Positions 51,101 to 63,240 are shown, counted from the first letter of the stretch. The stretch: DNA of 64,000 nucleotides from Lingula anatina (GCA_051362555.1 CM120646.1:4340001-4404000), one strand, 5' to 3'. Notes: generated by a model not told the origin, from the letters alone. Numbers and translations: made by a program.

Positions 51101-54100
51101 CTTTACACCAGCTCCTTTCTTACAGTGACAGTCTGTTGCCCAAAGGCAAGATATGAAAACGAGACTGCCGGTGTTCAGTAAGCAAACGAGCATTTCAATG
51201 TTAACGAGCGTGCTTGTAAATTTAATTTTGTAACTAAAGGCTTAACTCATGTAGTGCTGATGCAGTCGTCTTAGAAAAATTAAGTCATTGCTGAAGTTCA
51301 GCCGTTTTGTTAAAAAAATGAAAATGGGTCAAATCGACTCGCTAAACAAAATGCTTTGGGCGGGCAATTACTTCTTTATTACAAAAAATTGTATGTGTTT
51401 ATGCAGTTTATTTCATTTGGCCTAGTTCAAAAACTAGTAATTTTAACAAAATGGGAATTATTTTAAACCAATTGTTTTGGCCAAACCACAACCACAAAAA
51501 TATCAAAATTTCGATTATCGATTGCCGAATTACTTGTTGGAATTTATTTAGTTATTGTCTTTATGTTCTGTATCACTCCAGCATATTAGCCAAGCCTACA
51601 ACTACCCCTCTTATGAAGACGCTAAGAAGAGGCTCGCACAAGTCGGGAGAGAGATAGCTGAGAGTGATATGTTTGTAGGGCCTTTGACTTTCATCTTCAC
51701 GGCTACAGGAGATGTGTCCAAGGTAAGCCTTTGTTTAATATGATATTTAATAACAATAATAATAATAATAATAATTTGTTTATAATATGACGTTTTTTTG
51801 TAGTAAAATATTGTATGATATTCAAAGAGTTTTGCGTCATTATATTGCAAATTGAAAAGAGGCAAAATCTTATTTTCTTTTGCCGGCAAAGGTTTACATT
51901 TGATTTTAAAAGATAAATTCCATATTTTTTTGCAATGACTTACAGAGGTGTGTGACAAATAAGTATTAAGACATTCAATTTTTATTACTGATCTGATATA
52001 CTGCGCAGGGTGCGCAAGAGGTGTTCAAGCTCTTCCCTCATGAATATGTGGAACCAGACAGACTTCAAGAAGTTGCCAAGAAAGGATGTAAGTTTTACCT
52101 TAAATTATTAAATTACATTATTATAATACCGTATGAATATATATACATACTTAGGCCTACATCATTAAATATCACCATGACGTTAATTTCGTGGCCTTTT
52201 TATTTCCTTTAAAAAAAGGACAAGACTAATATTTAAAATGTTTCAAAAGAATCCCATGTAGGGAAATATTTGAAAGCAACAATTTTAATAATGTCAGGTA
52301 TAAAACTGATTTTAAGAACATTTAACTAATTGTTTTTAATCAGATCTGATCAATACCTTTATTTGCTTCTAGCCAAGAATAAGTTCTACGCAACTGTTGT
52401 CAGCCGTAGGCATCGTTTGAGGCGGATCCAAGATGGCGGATATGATGAAGCAGAGTTTACTGCCCATCCAGAACGCTACAGAGACGTTTTTGCCACTAAG
52501 GTACGGAGTCTATCACGCTCTTATTTTACTCCAGTGTCCTAACAGAATTTAAAATCAAATTTAGAATTAAAAAAAATAATGCATTTTCAAAAGTAGATGT
52601 AACATTGCTTTAGAATGTGTCGCAGTTAAGGTCTAGTGGTGTGCAGTGATAGGCCTATTGAACCATGCGATAAAAATAGTATATTTCGTTGGCTCTTGTT
52701 AGCATGTGCGGTTAAGGATCGTATATATTCATTTTCTCTTAGTTTGCACCATACGCGAGTGTAATCGTCAATGGAACGTATTGGGAACCGGGACAACCCC
52801 GACTGATTAGCGACTCGGACGCCATGACGCTGTTGGCGCGGAACCCTAACGCTCCCACTAATTTGACCGATGTTGGCGGGAACCCAGTCCTGCCTCGTCG
52901 CCTGCTTGCTATTTCTGACATCTCGGCAGACGAGGACGGCTCCATCCAGTGGACAAAGGAATGCACACAGCAAGATACGCCATACTACATTTACGACAAA
53001 CATGGAAAAATGACGCACAACGGGTATTTTCATTTTGAAATAAGACCTTTCATATTTACTAGTACTAATTCATTAGTTTTTTTGTTTTACTTTAACTTGA
53101 TTCGTACTATTCGATATTTGTTAAGCCTATAAAATATACGTTCTTGAAAAACAGTACGTACTTTTGGCAAATTTGCAATCGACAACTTCAGATTTTGCTG
53201 TTGGAAGCTCTGCCACTGACGGTAGCAAAAATATTGACATAAATATATAAATATTTCAGTATTGTCATTTCCAGCATGACAGCTGATGGTGTTCTGATGT
53301 GTTCTGTTGACAACATGCCAGCTCAGTTCCCAAGAGACGCTACCGACTACTTCGGCGACCTCTATCTGCCGTTTGTAAGAGAACTGGTACGTTCGAAAGG
53401 CCTAACCCAACTTTCAAAATTGATATATCTTAGATGAGTTGTTAGATCATACCCTCTTTATACAAAATTGAAGGTTTTTTATCACTAGTTAACACTTTTT
53501 TAAATTGTAGCGTGTAACATGATTTGCGGTAAGCGTAAAAAATAAGACGATTTTTTTTACAATTTTGGACGCGCAGATTAAAACACTATGGTGTACAATC
53601 CAGCAGAAAAAAGCCGCGGTAGAATGCCCCATTGCTTTTAGTCTGTATAAGAGACCACAGATTTTCCATGGCGTTCGGTCGCTTGGTTTCTTGAATCCCT
53701 TGCCAAACGCGTTGAATGACAGTGTTGTAACCGGGCTTTTGGTGTATTTAACAGGGTTGATAGAACTAATTTATAAACAATTTTTGGCGTCTTCTCTTAA
53801 GTTCATTTCTTTTGTCGATATCGAAAATTTTTGTTGAAATAAATGTGATAAATAAAAGCAAAATTTTATCAGATTAATTTTTTTAATTTAGCTGAGAACT
53901 GATGCTACAAGCAGTTTTGAGGACTTCACCGAGCAAGTCTGTCCTGCTTTGGTCAACGTAAGTTTGCATATTATATTTTTCATTTTAATGCGCAATTCAT
54001 TGACATAATTTCTAAAAAAAAATTACATCGTCTCATTAGCTCTACGGCACTTGACAATCAAAGATAAAAGGTCTACCACCATTTATATTATATCAAACCG

Positions 54101-54274
54101 TTTTGAAAATAATTATTTCACAACAAAGCTATATTTTACAAGATGTAAAAAATGTCTTAACTCGCGTTACATCAGATAGATCGACTCTCAAAGTTTACTC
54201 TGAATTTTTTGTTACAATTTTCGTTTGATACCATCAGCAAGTGTATATGCAAGAACGTTTGTAAGATCTATATA

Positions 54275-54314
<40 letters not shown>

Positions 54315-54529
54315 AAATTTGAAATCAAGTTGTTGGAAAATCAAAATGTTGTTGTCTAGCATTAATGGTGCACGTGTCTTTCAAATCATTACAGAGCGTC
54401 ATAGCAACCAATGGCCGACTGGCACCCTCCTATGAATACATCAAAGCTCTTAGGAAGAAGATGGAGGAAGAGAAGAGGAAAAAGACGAGAAGAGAACATT
54501 ACATCGGGAATTGGAATGGCCACGTTTGA
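48142..54529 (+). CDS. Stand-alone LKR-like (AlaDH/PNT fold) oxidoreductase B, ~476 aa; exons 48142-48297, 48885-49061, 49307-49462, 51582-51722, 52009-52087, 52373-52500, 52743-53023, 53275-53386, 53892-53957, 54395-54529
   Basis: Same motifs as gene A; the eight internal exons have identical lengths (177,156,141,79,128,281,112,66 nt) and phases; ends SVIATNGRLAPSYEYIKALRKK...NGHV*. Confidence 0.92.
48330..48530 (-). mobile_element. Copy 3 of the ~210-bp MITE, in the first coding intron of LKR-B
   Basis: tagatcgacctaactccctgggggttcacgctaaat...agtgagactccccac..atagatcgatcta is the reverse complement of 43420-43592. Confidence 0.85.
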
Positions 54530-55633
54530 ATGAAGCAGATGGTGTTTTTTCAGTTCTAACCTGAAACGCCAGGCACTATGATGAAGCACACTCTAACGTT
54601 TCCTAGCGGAGGCTTTATGATAAAGATTTTTGCTTATAACATTGAGAATGATTGAAAAACTTTATACAAATATTTTTTCATTCACAAGAGCTGTGTAGAG
54701 CTGTGAAGTTTTGTATAGAGATTGTAATAATATATCTATATACATATAAATATTTTACTATAACTAAGTTATACTTTTCATGTTTTGATATTATTTTTGT
54801 TAATGATTTTAATGAATAGTTTTAATAAGGTTTAAATGCAGCAAGGTATATTAACCAATAACTGTGGCATTGCAAGGCATAGAATTTTAGATGGATTGGA
54901 ACTTTTGAAATTTCAAAATATGAAAGTGATGATAATGCGGAGAATAAAGCCTGATCGTTTTGAATAGCAACATGAAATTATCAAAGATTATATCAGGTTG
55001 ATAAATATCAGTGTAATGTCTGTCAATTAAAGGGATGTATGCACTGTCTGTATGTGTAGGCCTACTAACGGATCGAGTGTTATATGACAGTTGTTTTATT
55101 TACTTTACGGTGTTAAAAAATGTTTTATGTTGTACAAAATTAATTAGATTAAAACTCACTGCTTAATCTCATAAGAAAAAAAAAAAAAGATCTGGAAGTT
55201 TTGCATTCTTTGTTTTGTATGTAAACATCTGTAAAATATTGAATAAATATGTGTTGAAATGCATCACAGGTTTTTACGGGTTTCCCCTAAGCTTCTTTCC
55301 CAAAGTGACATCTGTGTTACAGATTGAGAGCAGGAGGGATTTGCTTTCGACGCCATCCAATTTTTTATGTTTATCAAAATTAATTTATTTGGAGTCTTTG
55401 AACAATGTCACTGCTATTTAAATCATTTTGAAATTTTAGGCCCCTACTAACTAAAAAAAAAAAAAGTTCTCAAACTTCCAAGCTAATTTAATTTTCACCC
55501 CTGCGCTGGTTTGTGAAATTTTTGTAATAAAATCGAGAAATATGTAAATGGATTTTCTAGCTGATGTATTTATATAACAAAGACATATACTCAAAGTCAA
55601 GACATAATCTATCTAGAAAATATCCAATATATA

Positions 55634-56898
55634 CAGGGCCGTAGCCTGAGCAAAATGCCAAGGGGGGCAGTAAGCGGACACGAGGGGGCGATGCCCCCGA
55701 GGGGGGAGGGTTTGGTAGGGGTGTCCCCCTCCCACGGTGTGGAACATTTTTAAAAACTGTATGTATAATAAGCAAAAATGTTCATTAGCTTGGTAGTTGG
55801 ATAAACATGAAAATTCTCAGACACAAGGCTAAAATTTTCCGTACCGTTAGCTTACGGCCAACCTGGTCGAAGGCCTTCATCAGACTGACGTGAGTAGTTG
55901 TTCACACTCACTGACCGCTTGGTGGTATAGCGGCCAGGACCCTCTTATAAATGTCAGGTAGATCAACCCCCCCCCCCCCCCCCCCTCCGTCCCTATTCAT
56001 GGGTGGCTGGTGTCGGCTGATGTTGATAGCCTCTCGTATTTTTCGCGGGATGTCGGATGATTCAGATTCAAGAATCTTAGTTGAATTCCAATCGATATTG
56101 TGGCCGGTGTCTATTACGTGTTCAGAAATGGCAGAGCTGGTATTGCCTACAGTCACTGATTTCCTGTGTTCATTCACCCTGATCTTCAACTGTCTACCTG
56201 TCTCACCAATGTAAAAGGAATTACAGTCATGGCAATTGATCCTGTATATTGTCCAACAACGTTGTTCTTGGGGGGTTTTGTCCTTTGGTGCCACTAGGAG
56301 TTGTTTCAATGTGCACTGGGGTCTAAAAGCTGTGTTGACACTGTGCTTTTTGTAGATCCTGCACACTTTCTCTGAAATTTCTTTACAATAATGGATAATG
56401 TTTTTTTCTGACTGTTTTTTTCTGACTGTATCTGTTGGCTCACAGTTAGTTATTGCTGTCTTATCCTGCCTTCGACCAGGTTGGCCGTAAGCTAACTGTA
56501 CGGAAAATTTTAGGCTTATTTGTGTCTGAGAATTTACATGTGTATGTATAATACTGCATTCTGGTGCATTTTAACTGTTATTAATTGGTCAATCAGAAGT
56601 CAGAAATTGTGGGTTCATTTTGCCATAAGAACAGTCATTTTTTCAACACAACACGCCAATTGGCCTGGGGGATAACTCCCTCAGGGAGGGTGAGCTTTTT
56701 GGCATGAACTGAGTTGGCTAAAAACAGATTGTTGAATGATTGTCTAGTGGCCATGAGTGCCTTTTCTCACAGAATTGATACCAACTTTGCAATTATTATT
56801 TTTACCTTTGCGATTTTTTTTGCACCCCAATTTCCAGGGGGGGGGGGGGGGGGCAGCTGCCCCCCCTCCCCCCCCCCCCCCCCGAGGCTACAGCCCTG
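55634..56898. mobile_element. G-rich TIR element interrupted by the Penelope insertion
   Basis: TIRs CAGGGCCGTAGCCT / AGGCTACAGCCCTG. Confidence 0.75.
55771..56540 (-). mobile_element. 5'-truncated Penelope-like retroelement (GIY-YIG endonuclease end) with inverted pseudo-LTR
   Basis: ORF 55908-56366 has IYRINCHDCNSFYIGETGRQLKIRVNEH, SAISEH, RKIREAINI, MNRDGG; ~70-bp inverted repeats at ~55806-55875 and ~56468-56540; 13-bp TSD TGTATGTATAATA at 55758-55770 and 56541-56553. Confidence 0.92.
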
Positions 56899-57827
56899 AG
56901 TACTTACTCCCCAGAAAATGGCTTTTGTAAATTATATTTACCATTTCAAAAATATGTATATATGAGTTATCATAGAGAAAAGAAAATGCTGTAGATAATT
57001 GTTAAAGGCAGATGAATATACAACTTTTAATTTCCAGTTAATGAGAACAGTGATCTTGGTCACTGATGTTAATGACATAATTTTTTCAAATGAAACGCAA
57101 TAAAGAACTGTCAAAGACTGATAATTGTATTGTTGTAATAAAAAATGCAGATCACTTACAGAGGGCAACAGATGGGAATGGATTTGAGTGCACTGTATGA
57201 AATAAAAGATCTGATGAAGAAATGTTAAGATAGGACTTTTAAAATGAATTTTTGAGGTTGACATAACATAATAAGGGAAAAGCATAGAATATATTTCAGT
57301 CTATTCATTAAATTGTTTAATTAACTGGCTTTATCTAGGATTTCACTAGCTTGACTCTTTTTTGATACGAAAGATTGGTTTTTATCAAATTCAAAATATC
57401 TTGAACCTAAATGAGCATAATTTGCCATTATTATCCATGAAACATTGACTTCTTTTTGCAAACTTATATTCAATATTTTGAAACTTGAACACAAGGGTCA
57501 GTAAAAGAAAAAGAATATTCACAAAATACTCAAGGTAGATTTAATTATCACAGATCAATAAAGTACATTATTTCAGCATTGAATGCCTTAGTTATCTAAA
57601 AAATGTCTATTTAAAAGTGAATGAGATCATGAACAGCTGTATCTATTAATAAAAAAGGAACTTCATGAGATTCTGGTCACATTTTCTGCACCATTGCTAT
57701 GCATTAAATATTAAGGACAAAGTTCAATGAGTCTTCCATGAGTCTGTTAAATAAAAGTTCTTGCACCATTTCTGAATTATATCACTAATATGTCAAAGGT
57801 TCCACTGGCACTAGAACACTGAGTTTT

Positions 57828-60800
57828 TTAAAACTTAACAAGCTGTGTTTTCTCCTGCCTGTGAGCATCCTCACCAGCCTCATTTGATGAGAAAAGTAGA
57901 CAGTAACCATAAACACAAACTGCCTTCAAGGTTTGAAACACAAACAAGTCCTCTAGAAGTGCCACTCCTACCAGAGCAGCCCAGTTGTACACAGCACTAT
58001 CACTCAGCTCTCCGCCATACGCAATGGTGAGAAATAGAGCCAAAGCCACGGAGGCGCCCAACAAAATGACTGCTGGATAGATCAAAATGTGGGGCAACTT
58101 TCCGCCATCGTGTTTTCTGTTGACCATCATCTCCAAAGACTTCAGCTCAGTGTATGGCACCTCATCTGATGGTTCTGGAACACATTGCGTGGAAATGAGT
58201 GAATAAATGCAGAAAGTATGTGAAAGTTTTACTTCGAATTGAAGTAGGCTAATATTTCCTCCCATACAACCATAATCACTGTTTTAATTATAATGAGTAA
58301 GGGCAAGGAAGTTTATGTTGAATCCAATGTTCTAAATATCTTCAAAATGTAAACTGTTTGGATACATACTTGAAAATGTATTATTTTTTTATATGTTCCT
58401 TTTTTTTAAAAATAATTAACTGAACTGACAGACATGATACCAAAATGGACAATTACCTTCCCAAATATTAACAGCTACAGGTTCTGGTGCAGTGGCAAGA
58501 TGTGGCATTCCTTCTTTAGCTGAATGTTTCAAAACATTATATAAACTAGAATAAATGACTTGAAGTTTGGAAGTCTGGCAAAACCAATCTTTGCAAAATT
58601 AATTAAAAAATATAAAGATATTAAAAACTTCTGTATCAGACATTTGTACAAAATATGAAAATCTTTGAAACTGCTTTGAAATGTTCACAAAATGCCAACT
58701 AGTTGTTGCTGCTACAATATGTTTTTCCACCTGACAATTACCTTTCTCTACATCCACTGCCACATCATGCTCAGGTGTCTGCTTTGGTAGCTCATCATTG
58801 TATTTTGTCTGGTTGATGTCTGAAATAAGGTTATTCTAAAATTGTTTTAAACAAATAAAGGAAAATGTGAGAACTTCTTTGTTTCAGTGATATTACTCTA
58901 TTCTTGAACATAAATTAAGAACCAGAAAATCAGAATAAAAAATGTTACATCTGTTTTACACTATAAAAAAGGATTAAAAATACATCCTCAGATAGACATT
59001 TCTACAGCATAATATATATGCAACTTTGATATATGTATATAATTACCTGGGTGGAGAAAACTTGGGTTGAAGTGAGCAATCAGACTGTAAAAAGATGAAA
59101 CATCTGCATTTCTGTAGCTGGAAGTCTTCCCAGCATGGGATTTTTGGTGCTCTGCCTGTATCTCCTTTTGCATCTTTGAGTTCAGCCTAGGGTTGTTAGG
59201 AGGAGGAGCATATGTGAAGAACTCAGAAGCAATGCAGTTGTTTTTCTCCTTAGAGACTTCTGGCATCTGGAGTATGATGCTGCTAGTGGACAGGGCACTA
59301 GAGCTGGGAGTGCTGTTGTAGCTGGGTGTTTTCTGAAAAATTGAAAATCATCCAATAATCGATTCTGCTGACTGGTAAATTCAGTCAAAATAAACCAAAG
59401 ACAGAGACATTTATTCCCATAGTCATTTGATGATGCGCAATAATACATACTACAATATTAGTATACAGCCCATAATGTCTTTTTATGTTTTTATTAGTAT
59501 GTGCTTATAAGCCAAAACAAATATATATGCTTTTTATCATAAGAAGGCAATACATGCATGTCTCAAAGGCAATCCATGATATCTGTACAGGCACATACAT
59601 GCATGCACAAACAAAAATTAGAAAGAAATAATTAATACCCCTTTCCTGCTGTCCACATCTCCCATGGCAACCATATCTTCCTTGACAACCAAATTTTCCT
59701 TGGCAACCATTTCTTCAATCTGTGCCATGGCCTGGTGTTCAACAGTTGCACGTGCCAAATCATAGCCCTTCTCAAAGTCATAAGCCACCTGTTTCATCAT
59801 GGTCTCCACATTTCCATGCACAACTTGTTGGAACCCATCACTGATTGTGCAACTGAAAAAATAAAGAAAGTGATTGATCTTTCTTCATTTTAACCAAGAA
59901 ATATTGTAAAGAATTAGTATTATTGGGAGAATAACACTCTGGCCACAATGAATAACTCCATTAATTAACACACTCAAAGCATATATGTGTCACTTTATAA
60001 AAGCAAAATAATATGACACCATTTCAACAGTAAAACACAAAATAAGACAGATTTATGATGAAAACAGTTTTTTTTTGTAGTCTTTTTTAATTGGGTGCAG
60101 TCTAATACAAGTTTTCAGAATCAGACATCACTATGAGCAAGACCTGTGATCAACTCCCAAAGCTGAACACAAATTTAACTTTATTCCAACATAATTATGA
60201 AATGAGGAGTCTTAAAAAAAAAAAAAAAAAGCTCCTTACATGTCATCATACTGGGGCTTGTCTTCCAGGTTCTGCAGCACAGTGGTGTCACCAGTGTCCT
60301 CTCTGTCATAACACCTGATATTGTACATTGCTACATCATATATGCCATTCACAAGGAATGTTCCTATATTGACAAGGAGGCTGGAGAGGAAGATGTCTCT
60401 ATCAAGCTGAATGACACCAACAGCACTGAGAATGGTACTGGCAAGCAGCATGTTTGCAAACATGTAGTTCAAGGTGCTGTTAAACCACAGAAGGACAGGG
60501 GCCAGCTTCAAGCTGGAACAGCGTGTCCATCCATGACAGGACCACAAATACAGAAGGCAAGTTTGCAGTCCAAACCTGAAAAATATTAAATTTATATAAA
60601 ATATCGAAGTACAGACATTGTACATGAAAATTAAATACTACATGTACATTCCACGTTTAAGGAAAACTGTATACTGCATTAAAAAATCAGAATACATGTC
60701 ATAATTATTATCTTTTATATTCTATGTGTTGATAACTTGCAAAAACAGTAATTTCAAAGTACATTATATGCTTATTTATTAAATGTGAGAAAGTGTCCAA

Positions 60801-62991
60801 CTTTACCTGGAGTTCTTACAAGACTCCAAAGTGGTGTATCCCACTGTGAGGCATCCATTGCTGCCGAAGTGAGATTCACAGCCAGATACTGTATCATATA
60901 CTGTTATGTCCAGCATATTCCTTCAATGAAAGAAAAATATATATTACAGTTTTTTTTTGCTCAAGTTTCTTTATTAACCACAAATATTTAACAATTGGTA
61001 TTTGGAATAAATTGCTGCTTCTAAATATCTGTACTGAGATGCTAGCTTACACTTTTTTTCATTCTGTATATATTAATATATCTAGATAACTCCATGAATA
61101 TAGCTTTAACTACAGAGGCACCCAAGGCATTCATAACACAAATCATATTTCAGAACATTGACAGAAATAATCTTTATGATTTACATAACTTTTTTTATAA
61201 ATGTAGTACTATGATGTAGTGATGTTTGTGATGTTGCAGTTTGTTCTTTAAATTACCATTGAGCTCCTGGTCTTCCACTGATGTTCACCACAACATTCTT
61301 CAGTTTTCCCAGGGACTCTGAGTTTAAAATAATAATAACAAAAAAACATTTAGTATAATGTTAGCATGTTGTTTGAGAATAAAACAGGCATCAAATATGA
61401 TAAAGTTGTAGCTTAATTAATTGTAAAAGTAAATTTAGTTTAACAAAACAAGACCAACAGCACCTTGTTTTACAAACCTAAAAGGATTCTTGCACTAACA
61501 CTCTCAAAATATGCTTTACTTTATAATAAATAAGCAACATGCATGGAGTTCTGTAACTATATGTAATAATAATATTAGATCTATGTAATAAAGCTTCTAA
61601 TAGAGATAAACAGTAAACTGTGACAAGATGTTCTAGTAAAGACTGTACATGCTGAATTGATTGCAATAAGTAAATGGTAATTAACTGCTAATAATATTGT
61701 TGAATCAATATTTGCAGGCAATGAAATCTATATGTGCTCCAAAAATATTCAAGATGTATACCTTTGGTATACAAAAGGAACCAGTTCTTCTGTCCTACCC
61801 CAAGGAAATTGTGCTTTTTCCCATGTTCATTCAGATTATATTCAGGAGATACCCCCTGGTCTCCTTTCAACTGCAATCTGACTTTGGGCGTCTTTCCTGC
61901 TATTTAAAACAACATACACATTTCTATAGTTAGGAATAAATACAGTTAAGCAACGACTTCAATAATAATATACAAAGGCCTATATCTCTTTTTTTCTATT
62001 TTTGTCATTTTTTTATTATTGTTATCATCATTATCATTATCATTATTAATATTATTATTATTATTATCTGAAGACACTTAAACATTTTTATTTCACAAAA
62101 TAATAACTAGTTTAAGCTTTTCAACAAGAATCAGAATCAATAACATAGAAGATCTAAAATAGCATCACTCTTACCACTTTTCAGCCCATTTTGAACTGCT
62201 ACCATGTATCTATAGTGATGTTCACCAGAATATTTGGGAACAACAATGATACCACTCTGCTTTCTCTGAAATTATAATGACCATTATAATTATAAGGCAA
62301 AAGAAAAGAAAATAAAGGAAATGAAAAGTATGCCAAAATAAAACAATGATTTTATGAAGTTGATTACAGTTGAAACAAAATATTTTTCAGTTTTTTTGCC
62401 ACAGTTGCTTATTTTATATTTTAAAAAAGTCTATTACAGAAATTCCTAAGAGAAAGCTATACTCTCATATGCATGCAGGCCAAACTTAAAGTTTTGTTTT
62501 AGTACCTTCTTCCACTTCAGCCATATAATAAAGCTCATGGTGACAAACATGAGTCCAGCAAAAGCATATATAAAGGCGTAAGTAAGTCTGTTGTTTTTCA
62601 CAAACTTAGGAGGCATTTTCAAGGTATTAGCTAGCAAAGAAACGAAAGGATGGAGCTTAGAAAATGGAAAACAAGGAAGAAAATCAAGGGCAAGGAGAAT
62701 TAATAAAAAGCGTGGTTATTTTAAATATATAGACTATTAAAAATAGTGAAAGTAGGGTCTAATAAAAATGAGGCTCAAACTAAACAAAACACAAAAAGTG
62801 GGTTGTTGATTATCAAAACACATGAAATATTGACAAACCAAATAAAAAAAATTACAATTTTTGCTAAAATGAATGGTGAAAAAACATAAAAGATGCAAAA
62901 GTGTTAAATATAATTTGATGATATTCTTACCTCCATGGAGAGGTTGCAGGAGTAGCAACATCAACAGAACTTTGATCTTCAAGATCTTCAT
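57828..62991 (-). CDS. Miniature polycystin-1 (PKD1-like) family membrane protein, ~616 aa; exons 62991-62931, 62630-62506, 62265-62175, 61899-61762, 61317-61257, 60920-60807, 60575-60240, 59852-59639, 59332-59047, 58819-58742, 58174-57828
   Basis: All junctions are GT-AG and phase-compatible. Signal peptide, TM, PLAT-like YRYMVAVQNGLKSAGKTPKVRLQLKGDQGVS..FLLYTKESLGKLKNV..W..ITVYD, two TMs, a polar loop, then LPHILIYPAVIL..FLTIAYG..W..DLFVFQTLKAV (PKD1 TM4-5 pattern). Confidence 0.75.
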
Positions 62992-63099
62992 AACGGCAAA
63001 ATTCTTTTTATAAGATCTCCCTGTATCAAATAATATGAAGCCGTGTATGACAAACACGTAAATTAAAACAGAAGTCGCGATTCAGCGAATAAACGAGAA

Positions 63100-63240
63100 A
63101 TCATCGATATCTCAAAAACTTTGGACGGAGTTGACTTAAACTTCCGCCCAAATCTCACAAATGTCTGTTGCTAATTGACGTCACAGACAATCAACTCACG
63201 TGACCATTGTGCTGGGATGTGCGGTTGTGACATTTATACA
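63100..63240. promoter_or_regulatory. Probable promoter of the PKD1-like gene
   Basis: CpG-rich, with CTTCCGCCC, TGACGTCA (CRE) and TCACGTGAC (E-box) 150-220 bp upstream of the ATG. Confidence 0.5.

Noticed and set aside
37651-54529. Calling the two genes AASS or fragments of one mis-assembled gene
   Set aside because: Each is complete with its own stop, they are substantially diverged and on opposite strands, and no SDH exons are present
7294-54529. Operon-like metabolic cluster of SLC17, ETHE1 and the LKR genes
   Set aside because: Unrelated housekeeping genes are interspersed and there is no sequence evidence of co-regulation
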